From assembly GCA_904063045.1 (NCBI GenBank), contig CAJFCJ010000039.1, positions 62,001 through 126,000 of the forward strand: a stretch of DNA of 64,000 nt. Direction: 5' to 3'. Each line of letters opens with the position of its first letter. Position 1 is the stretch's first letter. The notes beneath the pieces are model-generated. The model did not search any database. It saw only the letters and a list, made by a program, of their open reading frames with translations, and was not told the origin of the DNA. Below are positions 1-10,800 of this stretch, piece after piece. Source of the stretch: Dimorphilus gyrociliatus. Its lineage: Eukaryota > Animalia > Annelida. Position numbers and translations under genes: made by a program.

Positions 1-703
1 AAAGAGCGGAAAGGGCGTGGAGAGGTGTTTTTTTGGCAGTGTTTGTTTCGGTTTCGGTTCAGATTGTACCAAAATCTCCTTTACATTTAGAATTTCTTTA
101 TTTTTTTTTAAAAAAAAAAACTTCAAATAGATTATTCTTTATTCTAACTGTTCTCAATTTCTTAAAAAAGTTGCCTCAAAAATTCCTTTTTCTTTCCTCT
201 TTCGTCATTTTACTTGTTTCTTTCTCTTTTTTCTTTCCTTTTCTCTTTTTACCTGGTCTCCAGGTTGGATCATTTACAGTATATACAAGTATATATATAG
301 TACAGTCTCTCTCTTTTTTTCTTTCTCTCTCTCTCTCTCTTGTCTGTCTATCTCTCAAATCGCTAATACTGTAAATAATCTTATCACTTCTTTCCTCTCT
401 GCTCTCATTAATAGCAATTATTAAATCAAATAAAAAACGTGAATCGAAATTGAGATATTGTTAGTATTTTCAATTGACCTGTACTTTGCAATTACTGACC
501 AGGTAAATGTCAATTCTATCAAATTACCATGATTTCTGCTCCCTTTAAATTCAGGTCAGTGACATGACTAATAATCAGTATATCGTATGAGAAATTATAA
601 CCTCTCCAACTATATCTACGAAATATAGTGCTTATATTGCAATATACGCCAATATAGAATCTATACGTGTAGAGTATATATACTGCATGTAAATTTTTTA
701 CAG

Positions 704-2486
704 GTGAGAAACAAGCAAACGTTGAAGCACCGAGGTTGTAAGTGAATTATATAAAAGTGTCACTAAGCACGCAAAATTGCGTTGCCCTATAGATAATTAT
801 TATTCGGAATGTCTGGAATTATATTGAAAATCTTATACTGCTTAACAGGAAATCTGAGCTCGTGACAAACATTATGAAAATTAAGATCGGACTTTATTAA
901 ATAAGCCTTCTGTAATTTAAAAATCTTCGTTACTAGCAATTTCAACATTCCCTTTTCAAAAATAAAACAAATATTTACAAAAATTCCTTAGTAATGATAA
1001 AAAATGCAAATTAGGCCTATTGAGCTGGTAATTTTGTCATCAAAAGTATTTTGTATACTTAAATATTGCATTTAATGCTTTTGGATGCTTGCCCTGTGGA
1101 AAAAAGCTATTAAATATAGGGGATTATCTTTATCCGTACCAGTTATTTCTTTTTTGCCTTCGCTCCTTTCTTTTACTTTAGCATGTTCCATTTTCCCCCC
1201 TATTCTTCCGATTCGAAATAATTTTTCATAACATTGATAAGCCTCTCTCTGTGTCTCACGCTCTCTGTGTGTGACTCTCGCTCTCTCTCTCTCTCTCTCT
1301 CTCTTTTCCCTACCTCCCCTCGCCTAAGTCAGTCTATTTATATACTTAAAATAGTATTTATTTTACAAGGAGCAGTTTTTATAAGAATATTGATCGACTC
1401 TATTATAGAGGGATAATGATAAATTAAAAGTTAAAAGGAAAACTGTAAACTCTGTTTTATAATTGATAGATATAATCTTAATTAAGTTTGAAGGTAATAT
1501 TTTGACATACTCTAGATATGGAATAGACAAATCTATCTATTTATCTATCTATCTATGAACTATGCATATTTCTTAGAAACGAAAAGTGATTAAAAGGGCG
1601 ATTCTCTTTCTTTCAGACTAAATCAAAGTAAATTTGTACAGGTAAGTGTTATATATATATCTTTATGCTAATATATATATATAGATATATATTAGTATAT
1701 TTGTAGTTTATTTATATATACAACCGCCTTAATTATATTTAATTGTGTCGAGTATATTAATGATGTTACATAGGCCAACTATATGAAAACAATGATGATA
1801 TGACGCAATAGACTCTAATAGGGTATATATGCACATCAAACGATATATACAACGTATATATATGGTTAGTACGGAAAATAAATAGACGAAAAGAGCCATT
1901 GACGTGTATACATGTGATACTTATTTCTTAATGAATGCATACAAGCTGTAAAGAAGGCGAGAATGGAGAAATTATTTGGTTTCGTGGAGTGTAAACAAAA
2001 GAAAATGGTAGTCAATGCTTTTATGACGGGAGAAAATCTCGAAGAAAAGGGTCAGACGACTTAGAGCGGATAATCCTTATTATAGGTGTATAATCAATAT
2101 TACGGCCATTTTCATTTTGCATATAATATATAGTGGCATATACTTTCTATTGATATGGAATATACACCGGCTAATAACCTATATTCATAAAGTTTATCAA
2201 AAAGAAGTGTTTTGTTTACTATAATATTCATTACTGCAAATCAGGAGCGCATATTGTAATGCTTTTTAGAAGATTTAATAGGATTTTGTGTAGGCTAAAA
2301 TCAGCTTTTTTCCTATCACACGCTCATGTTAGTAGGATGAAAGAGGCGAGAAAAACGGTGTAATTATAGCAGCGTCTATACGCCCTTTTTTACCCTTTTA
2401 CATGGGCGTCTATATCGAATAAATTTTCCTCTTTTAATCTTTTATTTCAGATTGCCTTTGAGCTACCACACCCATGTTATTCATGA
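704..2486 (+). CDS. Probable 3' end of an unidentified small spliced gene (exons 704-737, 1617-1641, 2451-2486 incl. stop); peptide ...xEKQANVEAPRLLNQSKFVQIAFELPHPCYS*
   Basis: Three polypyrimidine-AG acceptors (tttttacag|704, ctttctttcag|1617, tttatttcag|2451) and donors GTT|GTAAGT (738) and CAG|GTAAGT (1642). Phases chain 1->2->0 into an open frame ending TGA at 2484-2486, with AATAAA at 2565-2570. No homology recognised; could be non-coding. Confidence 0.4.
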
Positions 2487-4047
2487 TTTTTGTAACGAAT
2501 GCTGTTTTTCTGTTTCGTCTAACTTTACTTAATTATTTTTTTTTTGTTAGTACTGCTTATTCCGAATAAAAACCATTTCAACACTTTTCATTTTTCTTAT
2601 TATCATCTCATTTAACACTGCTTTTGGTTCGTAACGAAATCTTACGCACACCCAAAGCGACGAGACCTGCCGGATGAGGTCGTGCCCTTCACTGACGGGC
2701 ACAAACGATCTGCGTGAGCATCAAAAGAACTATATAGGCCCAATTGTAGCGTCTAACTAAAGCGCTTGCAAATAACAGAAAATATAATCGGATTAGAAGA
2801 AATTTTGAATCTCTTCTAGTGGACTTAATCGTACTTAGAAAGCATAATTTAATTTCCACCTAGACTTTGATTATTTCCTTTGATTAATAGATGTTCCGAA
2901 TAAAGAAAAAGAAGGAGGGAGGGGGGAGTGCGAGAATAAAGAGCTAAAGGAAAGAGATAGTTGCAGTTGTAGACGGGATGAGGGGAGGAGGGGGAGAGGG
3001 GAAGAATAAGGCATAGATGGATGAATGAATGGACGGAATGAAGGAGAGTAATGCCTTTAAAATGCAGATATAAATATTTGTCTTTTAGTCACATAACACG
3101 TTATCGCCTATTGTGAGGTTTCATGTGACATATAACACCTGACTACTCTATAACTCTTCAGATGAATGCTAATTGATTTTTTTCTATTATATGAAAAATC
3201 AATATACAGTATAATAGAATTTACGTGTTCTGATTGGAGTCTAGTAAATATCCCAAAAAAAAAATAATTTGTTTTTCAAATACGTTTTACACTTTTAAAC
3301 TTTCGCTATCCAGTCTGGTAAAGAGATTAATTTGGTAAAAACGCCTATAATGAATAGGCCTACAAGCAAGGAAATAATCACTAAAGTGTTACGCTTCTTA
3401 GAAGAATAGCTATTGATCCTTTTGTCACGAAACATTGAATATCGTCATTGTATTTTCTCTTCTATATTATAATATAATATCGAACAACATAGACTATAAA
3501 AGAAAAATTCATATACATGTATGTATATAGGCAGCGCATTTACAAGTATTCATTTGCGTATATCCATCCGACTATCATATAGTTTTTACATATATAATAT
3601 TCTTTGTATATGCGAAATATAAAGATTGCAAATCAGAATGCATATGAATAAAAGTACTATATTATCAGAAATATATCCCCCAGACTACTTCAAAGCTATG
3701 GACAATTCATTCTTTCTACTTGAAATATCAATTTTTTTTCTACAATCTCAATCTGAACTTTAAGTAGCAAATAAAACGCAACCCTGGGGGTGGAAAGAGA
3801 GGGGGGTAAGGTAGTTTTTGTGAGCCTAGGAGAAAGGGGGATTTCTTTTTTAAGGCTAAACATTTATTAAAAGTAATAGTATTTCGCTTATTTGGTTATC
3901 GTAACAGTTTCGTATTTATAACATAGTCAATGTTGTAGGTGAAATTATATTAAGGATCCTATATAAATGAAATAATAGAGAAGCTTTGGGGGTAGGAGCG
4001 AGGAAGGGAAGGACGGAGACAGAGGAACAAACAAGAGGAACATAAAA

Positions 4048-4049
<2 letters not shown>

Positions 4050-4086
<37 letters not shown>
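4050..4086 (+). repeat. (AG)n microsatellite
   Basis: Perfect GA run of about 18 units. Confidence 0.95.
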
Positions 4087-4090
<4 letters not shown>

Positions 4091-4559
4091 AGGGAAGGTT
4101 TGACTGTGGGAGAGAAAAAACACTCTTTTCAAATATTTACCAGTTTCGGGCCTTATTTAAAAGCCTCAGAGACCTGTAAATTGCTAATTATGGTAAAAGA
4201 TAAACCGCACTCCGTTGGACGACACCATATAGTAAAAGAAGTCATAAAAAATGGAACAAGGCAAAAAAAATTCACTTATACAAGTCAAACGTAAAGAGAG
4301 TGCTTTGAAGCGCAGCAATCAGCCGATTAACACCGCAAAAATTTGCACGCGATCTACTGCAAAAGGAAATAAATACTGCAACAAAAATCGAACCCGTCGA
4401 TATAGTCAGCTCAGCAGCCACTCGACAGCCAAATTTTTTGCCATTACAAAACGGAAGGAGTGGCCGCGGGGCGCCCTTCCTAAACCCCACCAAACATTGC
4501 TGTCTATATACTCTTTTGCAGTAGATTTTTCTGTATAAAGTATGGACCACCTGCTACTG

Positions 4560-4770
4560 GCGTCTTCTGTCAGCCGCAACCGTTCCCCATTGGCCGGATT
4601 AATTCTATCAGACAGCGACTTTTTCTAGATTGATCACGTGACCTACGGGAGGGGGAAATTAGCGGGAGTTGTTTGCAGGCGGTTTGTCAGTAAACGTTTG
4701 CACTGACGCCCTAGCCTAGTTATTGGATTGGCCGGTAGACGCTTCAATACGATGTTTTATGGTAACGCCA
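4560..4770. promoter_or_regulatory. CpG-rich promoter-like patch with CCAAT boxes and E-box
   Basis: Several ATTGG/CCAAT elements (cccattggcc, ttattggattggcc), ATCACGTGAC E-box near 4633, and locally high GC/CpG in an AT-rich background. Target transcript unknown. Confidence 0.45.
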
Positions 4771-6547
4771 GTAATAATCGGAATCGATTTGTGAACGTTT
4801 TTTTTTCTTTTAAAAGATCTATTTAAATGGTGGTAAAAAAAATATACACATATTCAAGAGCGTCGAATGGGCAGCGTCCAATTGCTTTTTCCCTCTTATT
4901 TCTCTATCAACATTCCCCTAAAGTAAAGCTCTCTAGTAGTCGATGTTTGATTTTGGTATTTTTTTTTCATCATCTAAACTATATGACATTTGTATGACAA
5001 GTTACAAGTTGACAAAAAACAAATTACGTATAATACATATTCGACTTAGGGTAGATGATAAGGGATAAAGTAGGCTAAAGAAGAAACTTAGGTAAGAAAT
5101 AGTCGACTTTAAGCTATCCAGCTGCATTAAGTGACGTTGACAACTGCGTGGAGCAGTTTATGCCCTAGGAAAGTGAAAATAAATATTCTAGTCTTACTCT
5201 TTAATCTTTTCAACTTGAAAATTACAGTAGAAAGTTGTTTTTTTAAAAAAAAAACGATAAAAAGAGAAAATGTAAAAGCTTGTTTGGTCACGTCTCAAAT
5301 GGCGAGGAAACTGGTTTTTTCAAGCTGTTACAAGAGTTCGCCATCTGTTTATACATGTTAAGATCTGGAAATTTTTTTATATGTATCACTGTGTATAGTT
5401 TATCCGCGTGGTTTTGGCCTTTGTATATTTTGTACTTGGAAAGTAACCTTCTATATGCGCCGAATTAGTAAGATTTATAGACTCCACGAACTGGCTGATG
5501 GTTATATAAAAGACGATGGAAGGTGTTGATACTCTTCCATTCTTCTAATTTATAATCCTAACGGATCTGCAATACTTTCTTCTTTATATAAAAAAAAATA
5601 AACTTTCTTTCAACTCGGTGCATAATTGAACAAAAAGGCCACAAGTACGTTTATTGAAAAATCTATAGGCCTAGGATAACGATAAATTAATAAAGTAAAT
5701 CTTCGGGGGGAAAAATTCACTGCTATAGACAGCTAAACGCTAAATCTTGAAAAGGAAAGGTAGAAGGTATCTCAATTAATTAATTAACTAATTAATTAGT
5801 TAATTACTTTTATATTCTATAGAGTATAATTAATTACGTTTTGAGAGAGACAACATAGTGCAGAGAGAGCGAGAGAGAGAGAGAGAGAGAGTGGAGAGAG
5901 AGGAGGGAGAGAGAGAGAAGGAGATGATGATGAGTGTATATATGTATGTATGTTGTGTGTATGTGTGTGTGTATTCGCGTATATATATATATATACATCT
6001 ATGTGTGTATGCATGCATGTACATTTTACTTTACAGTGGAATGAACATTAAGAGAATTATTGTAAAACTATCTCAGTTTTTTTTTTCTTTCTTTTTTTTA
6101 TTTTTTAAGTTTCGGAACAAAAGAAGCGGAAAAATTGTCACGTGACAATGTCGAGATCAAAAAAATATTTGTTTGTAATTTTATATCGTAAACAACAGAC
6201 TATTAGTGTCAAATAACAAGCTGGCAAAAACATTTCAATCATTTGATAGGTGGGGTATAGGAGACTTTTACCTCTACAATACGTAAATTAGTGCACTAAT
6301 TTTTTATGCGTTTTATCAAATTGCTTCAAACGATACGTAGAAAAAAAAAGCTAATAAATAGTTATATGATAGCCATTCAGCTTACGTTCTCCCTTCTTTT
6401 CTCTCTTATTCATTTTGGGTCCTTTTTTTGCGCCTCAAAGAGCTATGCTTAATTAATTATGCAAAATTCCCTTCAGTTGGATAACGACCTAATGCAATAT
6501 TACTAGTTGTTGCATTCGTAAAATAAATCAATTTTCTGGACTCTGCA

Positions 6548-7178
6548 CTTAAGTGTTCCATTAATCAACAAAGATATACTTTTCAATATTTTGATCACGT
6601 AAGATGGGCATTATACAGCAAACTTGTCTTTAAGACATCTGCAAAAAGTGCCAATCTGACACGACCAATATTCCAATAGATATCCGAAAAGATTACAACT
6701 TGTCTCGCAAACTTGGTAGTTGACGTTAACAAAGATAAACTAAAGCACTTTTATACCCTACTAATCTTTTCTACAAGTTATATAACCATACTACTTTTAT
6801 CCACAAAGGAAACGGAACCTTCTCTTTCCTTTTGCAACTGACAGCTAGAATCGAAAAACACTGATTTTCACTCTAAAACAGCCAATTCTCACACTTTTAG
6901 CCTTTCGCAACTCGTAAGAACTTTTAAGTGATAAAAGGAGAAGGAGAAAAAGAAGAAGAAGAGAAATTTGTATATATTGTATGCATTGTATTGCATGTAA
7001 AGAATTCAATATGTTTTTTTTTCTCCTCATTCTTATATCTCCTATTCATCTTCATCTTCATCCTCTTGTCCTCTCTCTCTCTCTCTCTCTCTTCTTTTAC
7101 TTTTACTTTTTCTACTTAGCGTAACAAAACTGTTAACAACATTTTTAGCACTCCAAGGCTTAAGTGTTCCATTAATCA
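6548..7178. promoter_or_regulatory. 20-bp direct repeat CTTAAGTGTTCCATTAATCA (6548-6567 and 7159-7178), candidate NK-homeobox + TAAT + GATA composite element
   Basis: Exact 20-mer present twice about 610 bp apart, each followed within a few nt by AAGATA. Confidence 0.5.
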
Positions 7179-7811
7179 GGCAAGATAATTCTCTGTAAAC
7201 AAGCCAACTGTCCGTGTTTATTTGCAAAGGCGAGCCGAGTTCTTAATTTATGCTAATTAGATTCGTTACCGGACGCCTATCGACCCGATCAAGCAAAATT
7301 TTTCACGCAAATCGATAACAAAGAAGTTCCTAATCAATCAAAGCTTTTCTCTTTGTTTTTTTGTATTGTTGACGGTTTATTGCTATCTGAGCTATATAAC
7401 CTTGCAGAAAGCTCCTTACCAATAGCATGCTGCGTAATTACACGCAAAAACTTTTCATACTTTATAATAATGAAATATATCTTTCCTATAGATTTGAATA
7501 CTTAACAATATTATACAACATTCAATATAGAAGTATTATATAAATACACGTTATAAACTTGTTTCCTAGGCCTAAAAGTAAAAAAGTATTAATGACGTCG
7601 GGCAAAAATGCCTACATCAAAGTCGCGATTGATGTAGAAAAAATGTACATCTGCCAATTCAATGAGGCGTGTAATACGGGGAATGTAGGCGATTTTTTTC
7701 GTTCGTTTCGTCGTCTTTTTTCATATAGAACTCATTGTAAGCGAGCTAAAAAAATTTACATGCAGTTATACCTGGCGCCAATTAGCAATGATTAGCAGGG
7801 TGTGGTGGGGT

Positions 7812-7825
7812 GTTGCCATAGCTAC
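7812..7825. promoter_or_regulatory. RFX X-box-like site GTTGCCATAGCTAC
   Basis: One mismatch to the canonical GTTGCCATAGCAAC. Confidence 0.4.
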
Positions 7826-10800
7826 GAACGCACCTTTTTTGGCAAACTTTTTTTTTCCCCCGCCGCTAATTATCTGATAGTCATTCTTGTACTTTGAATT
7901 TGTATTCTTTATCGGCTATTGACCATAAAAAATTTTTCCCACACTGTCTTTATTCTTCCACCACCTCCCTTCCCTTCCCGCTCCCCCCCCCCACCGTCTT
8001 CTCTTCACGTGGAAGAAAGTAATAATCAAGGTAAATAAATGCTAATGTTGCACAATAACATAGACGAAGTATATGGGAATATGACAATGACATTAGCGTA
8101 CTTCCTGTCTTACTTTCTTTCAACCGCAGGCGTAATGCTTCTCTTAAGGTATTTTTTTTTGCGAAAGTGTATCTTTTATGTATGAAAGTCTTCTTAATTA
8201 CTCTATGGATTTATCTACATAACTTGATTTACGTTTAACTAGCAATTAGTCTCTTCAACCAATCTTCTATCAGTTCTATCCTATGAACAAATTGAATTTT
8301 ATACCTAATTTCAAAACTTGACCTTTTGTCCATCTTTTCCAAAGTATTTCCACTCATAATCGACAATATAGACGGAGTAATAATGAACTAGTAAGGCAGT
8401 TCATTAGAAAAGAGATTTTTATAATCTTAGTCTGATAGATCTATTTGCTTAAAAAACCTACTTTCTTTTAATTAGAGTTCATAATTTGGCTAAATCCCTG
8501 CGTGAGGCGTCTCTTTCATCTTTGCCGTTAACTTTTTACGTATTTACTGACTTTTATAGTTGACTGTACACAGTACCATTCGTACTATACGTGTATAGAC
8601 AATTATATAGTGGAAAAGAAGAGAATAGAGTTATTTTAACAATTATACGTTTATGTCCGCAAAATACATCCTTCGTGCATATCTTATTTATATATTTAAT
8701 TATGACAAGATACAATACTATATTTCTATAGAGAACTTGTAGTTTATCTCTTGTATATTACGTATTATAGGGTATTATTATATGATATTAAGAATACTGT
8801 ATATATCTTAGAACAGGTATATTGTATATAATATTTAATTTAAAATAATATACACATATTCTAAAGCGTAATTTTGAGGGATAATTGGAAATGGGGATAT
8901 TGGATTATAGAAGCTATAAGAAAGTAGCTTCTTTCGTTCTTTTCCTCCCATCTCTTCTTACCCTCTCTCCGTAAGAACTAATAGACAAAAAATGGTTTAA
9001 TGACACGATAATTTGTTTTAAACATAAGCAGAGTTTTTAAGGTTATTTTGATTTAAATAAACTATATGTCACGAGAAATTGCTCCATAATTAATCTTACG
9101 CTTCGTTTCAGTTCATTCTCTCCCCAAACAATATTACTGACAACTTTGCTCTGAATTATTAACGTGAATATCGACTTTTGTACAGTCCATAAAATTTAGC
9201 AAACACGATAAAAATCATTAAAGTTTGAAACGTTCTAGCATCGGATTTCTCCCTCCCTCCCTCTCTCTCTCTCTCTCTTTTTCAAGAAACTCAAATCATT
9301 CTTCCATTTTATTGTGTTTATTTAAAGAAATTCGACAATTTTCACACGCTTCTGCCAACACTTAAAATGGCCGAACTACATATTAAGCTCTGTTTTAATA
9401 TTGCCTCTTTTTTTTTGTTCTGCATAATTAATTTCGCATGCTGCCTGTTTTTGGTTTCAATTCGAAATTTAATCGGATCCAACTTCCTTTACCAACTCTT
9501 TAAATTCAGTAATTTTGTAATATGGTAGGCTCATACATTCTATTTGCAGGCAGGTTAAAGCTATGAATAGCGATAGTTATAAAGTTTATCAAACTTTCGT
9601 ATGTTTCAACAACATTAAAACCATATTACCGCTAAATCAAGAACAACTTTACAAAAGGATTAGCGTAGTAATATTTGCATAAACAAGCAATCTGCCATGC
9701 ATTAATGGCGCTGATTCAATATGCCTTAAGAACGATTTCGAGTAGGAAATGTCAACAATAAAAAATTTGTAATCGTATTTAACGGAAGTGGGTTAAAATA
9801 CTGCTACTACGTACATAGATGCTATTCTTACGTAAAAAATATGGGAGGGGGGAGGAGTTGTACGCTTTAGGAAAATACTCGGCCTTTTAGCTCAAATGTA
9901 AACTCAAATGCTTGGGTGAATACAGGCTAAATACCTAATAATTAGCGACGCCATTAAAATATTACAACCTCTTCTCTTCCTTCAGCCCCTTCTTTACTCG
10001 CTTAGTTTAGCGAAACACTGATAAAAAATAGGCCTAAATCATTCTCCCTCTTTTTTTCTATGTACAAATATAAAATTCCAACAATAAAGTGTTAAATATC
10101 AAAACACAGTTTTTTTATTCTACTTCAATACATAGCAGTTTTTCAAATTGTACACAATTGCCAGCCAACCAACCACCCTGGTTTTCCCCTGTTCTGCCCA
10201 TACAACAGACACATCTTGCGACCGAAAAACAAATAGAGGCCTATAGCCTCACGGTCATAAAACAGTCGCTTTATAACACAGAAATGCACTCTCTGACTGC
10301 GAGGCAAAAATTTTAAGATGGCCGACATGTTAAACGGCAGCTAATTAAGAAAACCACTACTTTTCTCCCTTCTTCACGCACGAATAGGAAAAGAGGTTAG
10401 CTGAGGGGTTAATAAAGCGAGCGCTCGAACGAAGGTGAAGGTCGTTTTCGGCGTGAGAAACGCCCATAGATTCCTAGGATCTAAAGAGAAATATACTGTT
10501 CACACTTCTTTCTTTTTTCTTCCTCTCTTCAACATTTTTTATTATTCCTTTCAGAATTCTCTCTTCGCTTATTCTAATTAATTTATAATTATTAACAGTG
10601 AAGAGTGAATTTCAATACCCTTATTGGGGGCTGGTTGCAATAGGCAGGACAAGTTGGGTCATTCCTCAATAGGTAGAAATTCTTTCAATAGTCCTAAATA
10701 CACTGTTAGACTATTGGTCTATTATTTCCTCCTCTTTTTTCGTTCTCCGACTGAGTTTTTCTTTTATTCTTTCTCTCTCTCCCTCCTCTATGTCTCTCTC

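Noticed and set aside
258-1646. Recursive (AG|GT) splice sites on the plus strand at about 263, 502, 554 and 703
   Set aside because: They are on the strand opposite the long cpo intron, and the strongest one is better explained as an ordinary short exon.
2641-2718. Hammerhead ribozyme or SECIS element
   Set aside because: CGGATGA and CAAA deviate from the invariant CUGAUGA/GAAA core; the apical loop lacks the SECIS AA motif, and there is no selenoprotein context. Kept only as an unclassified structure.
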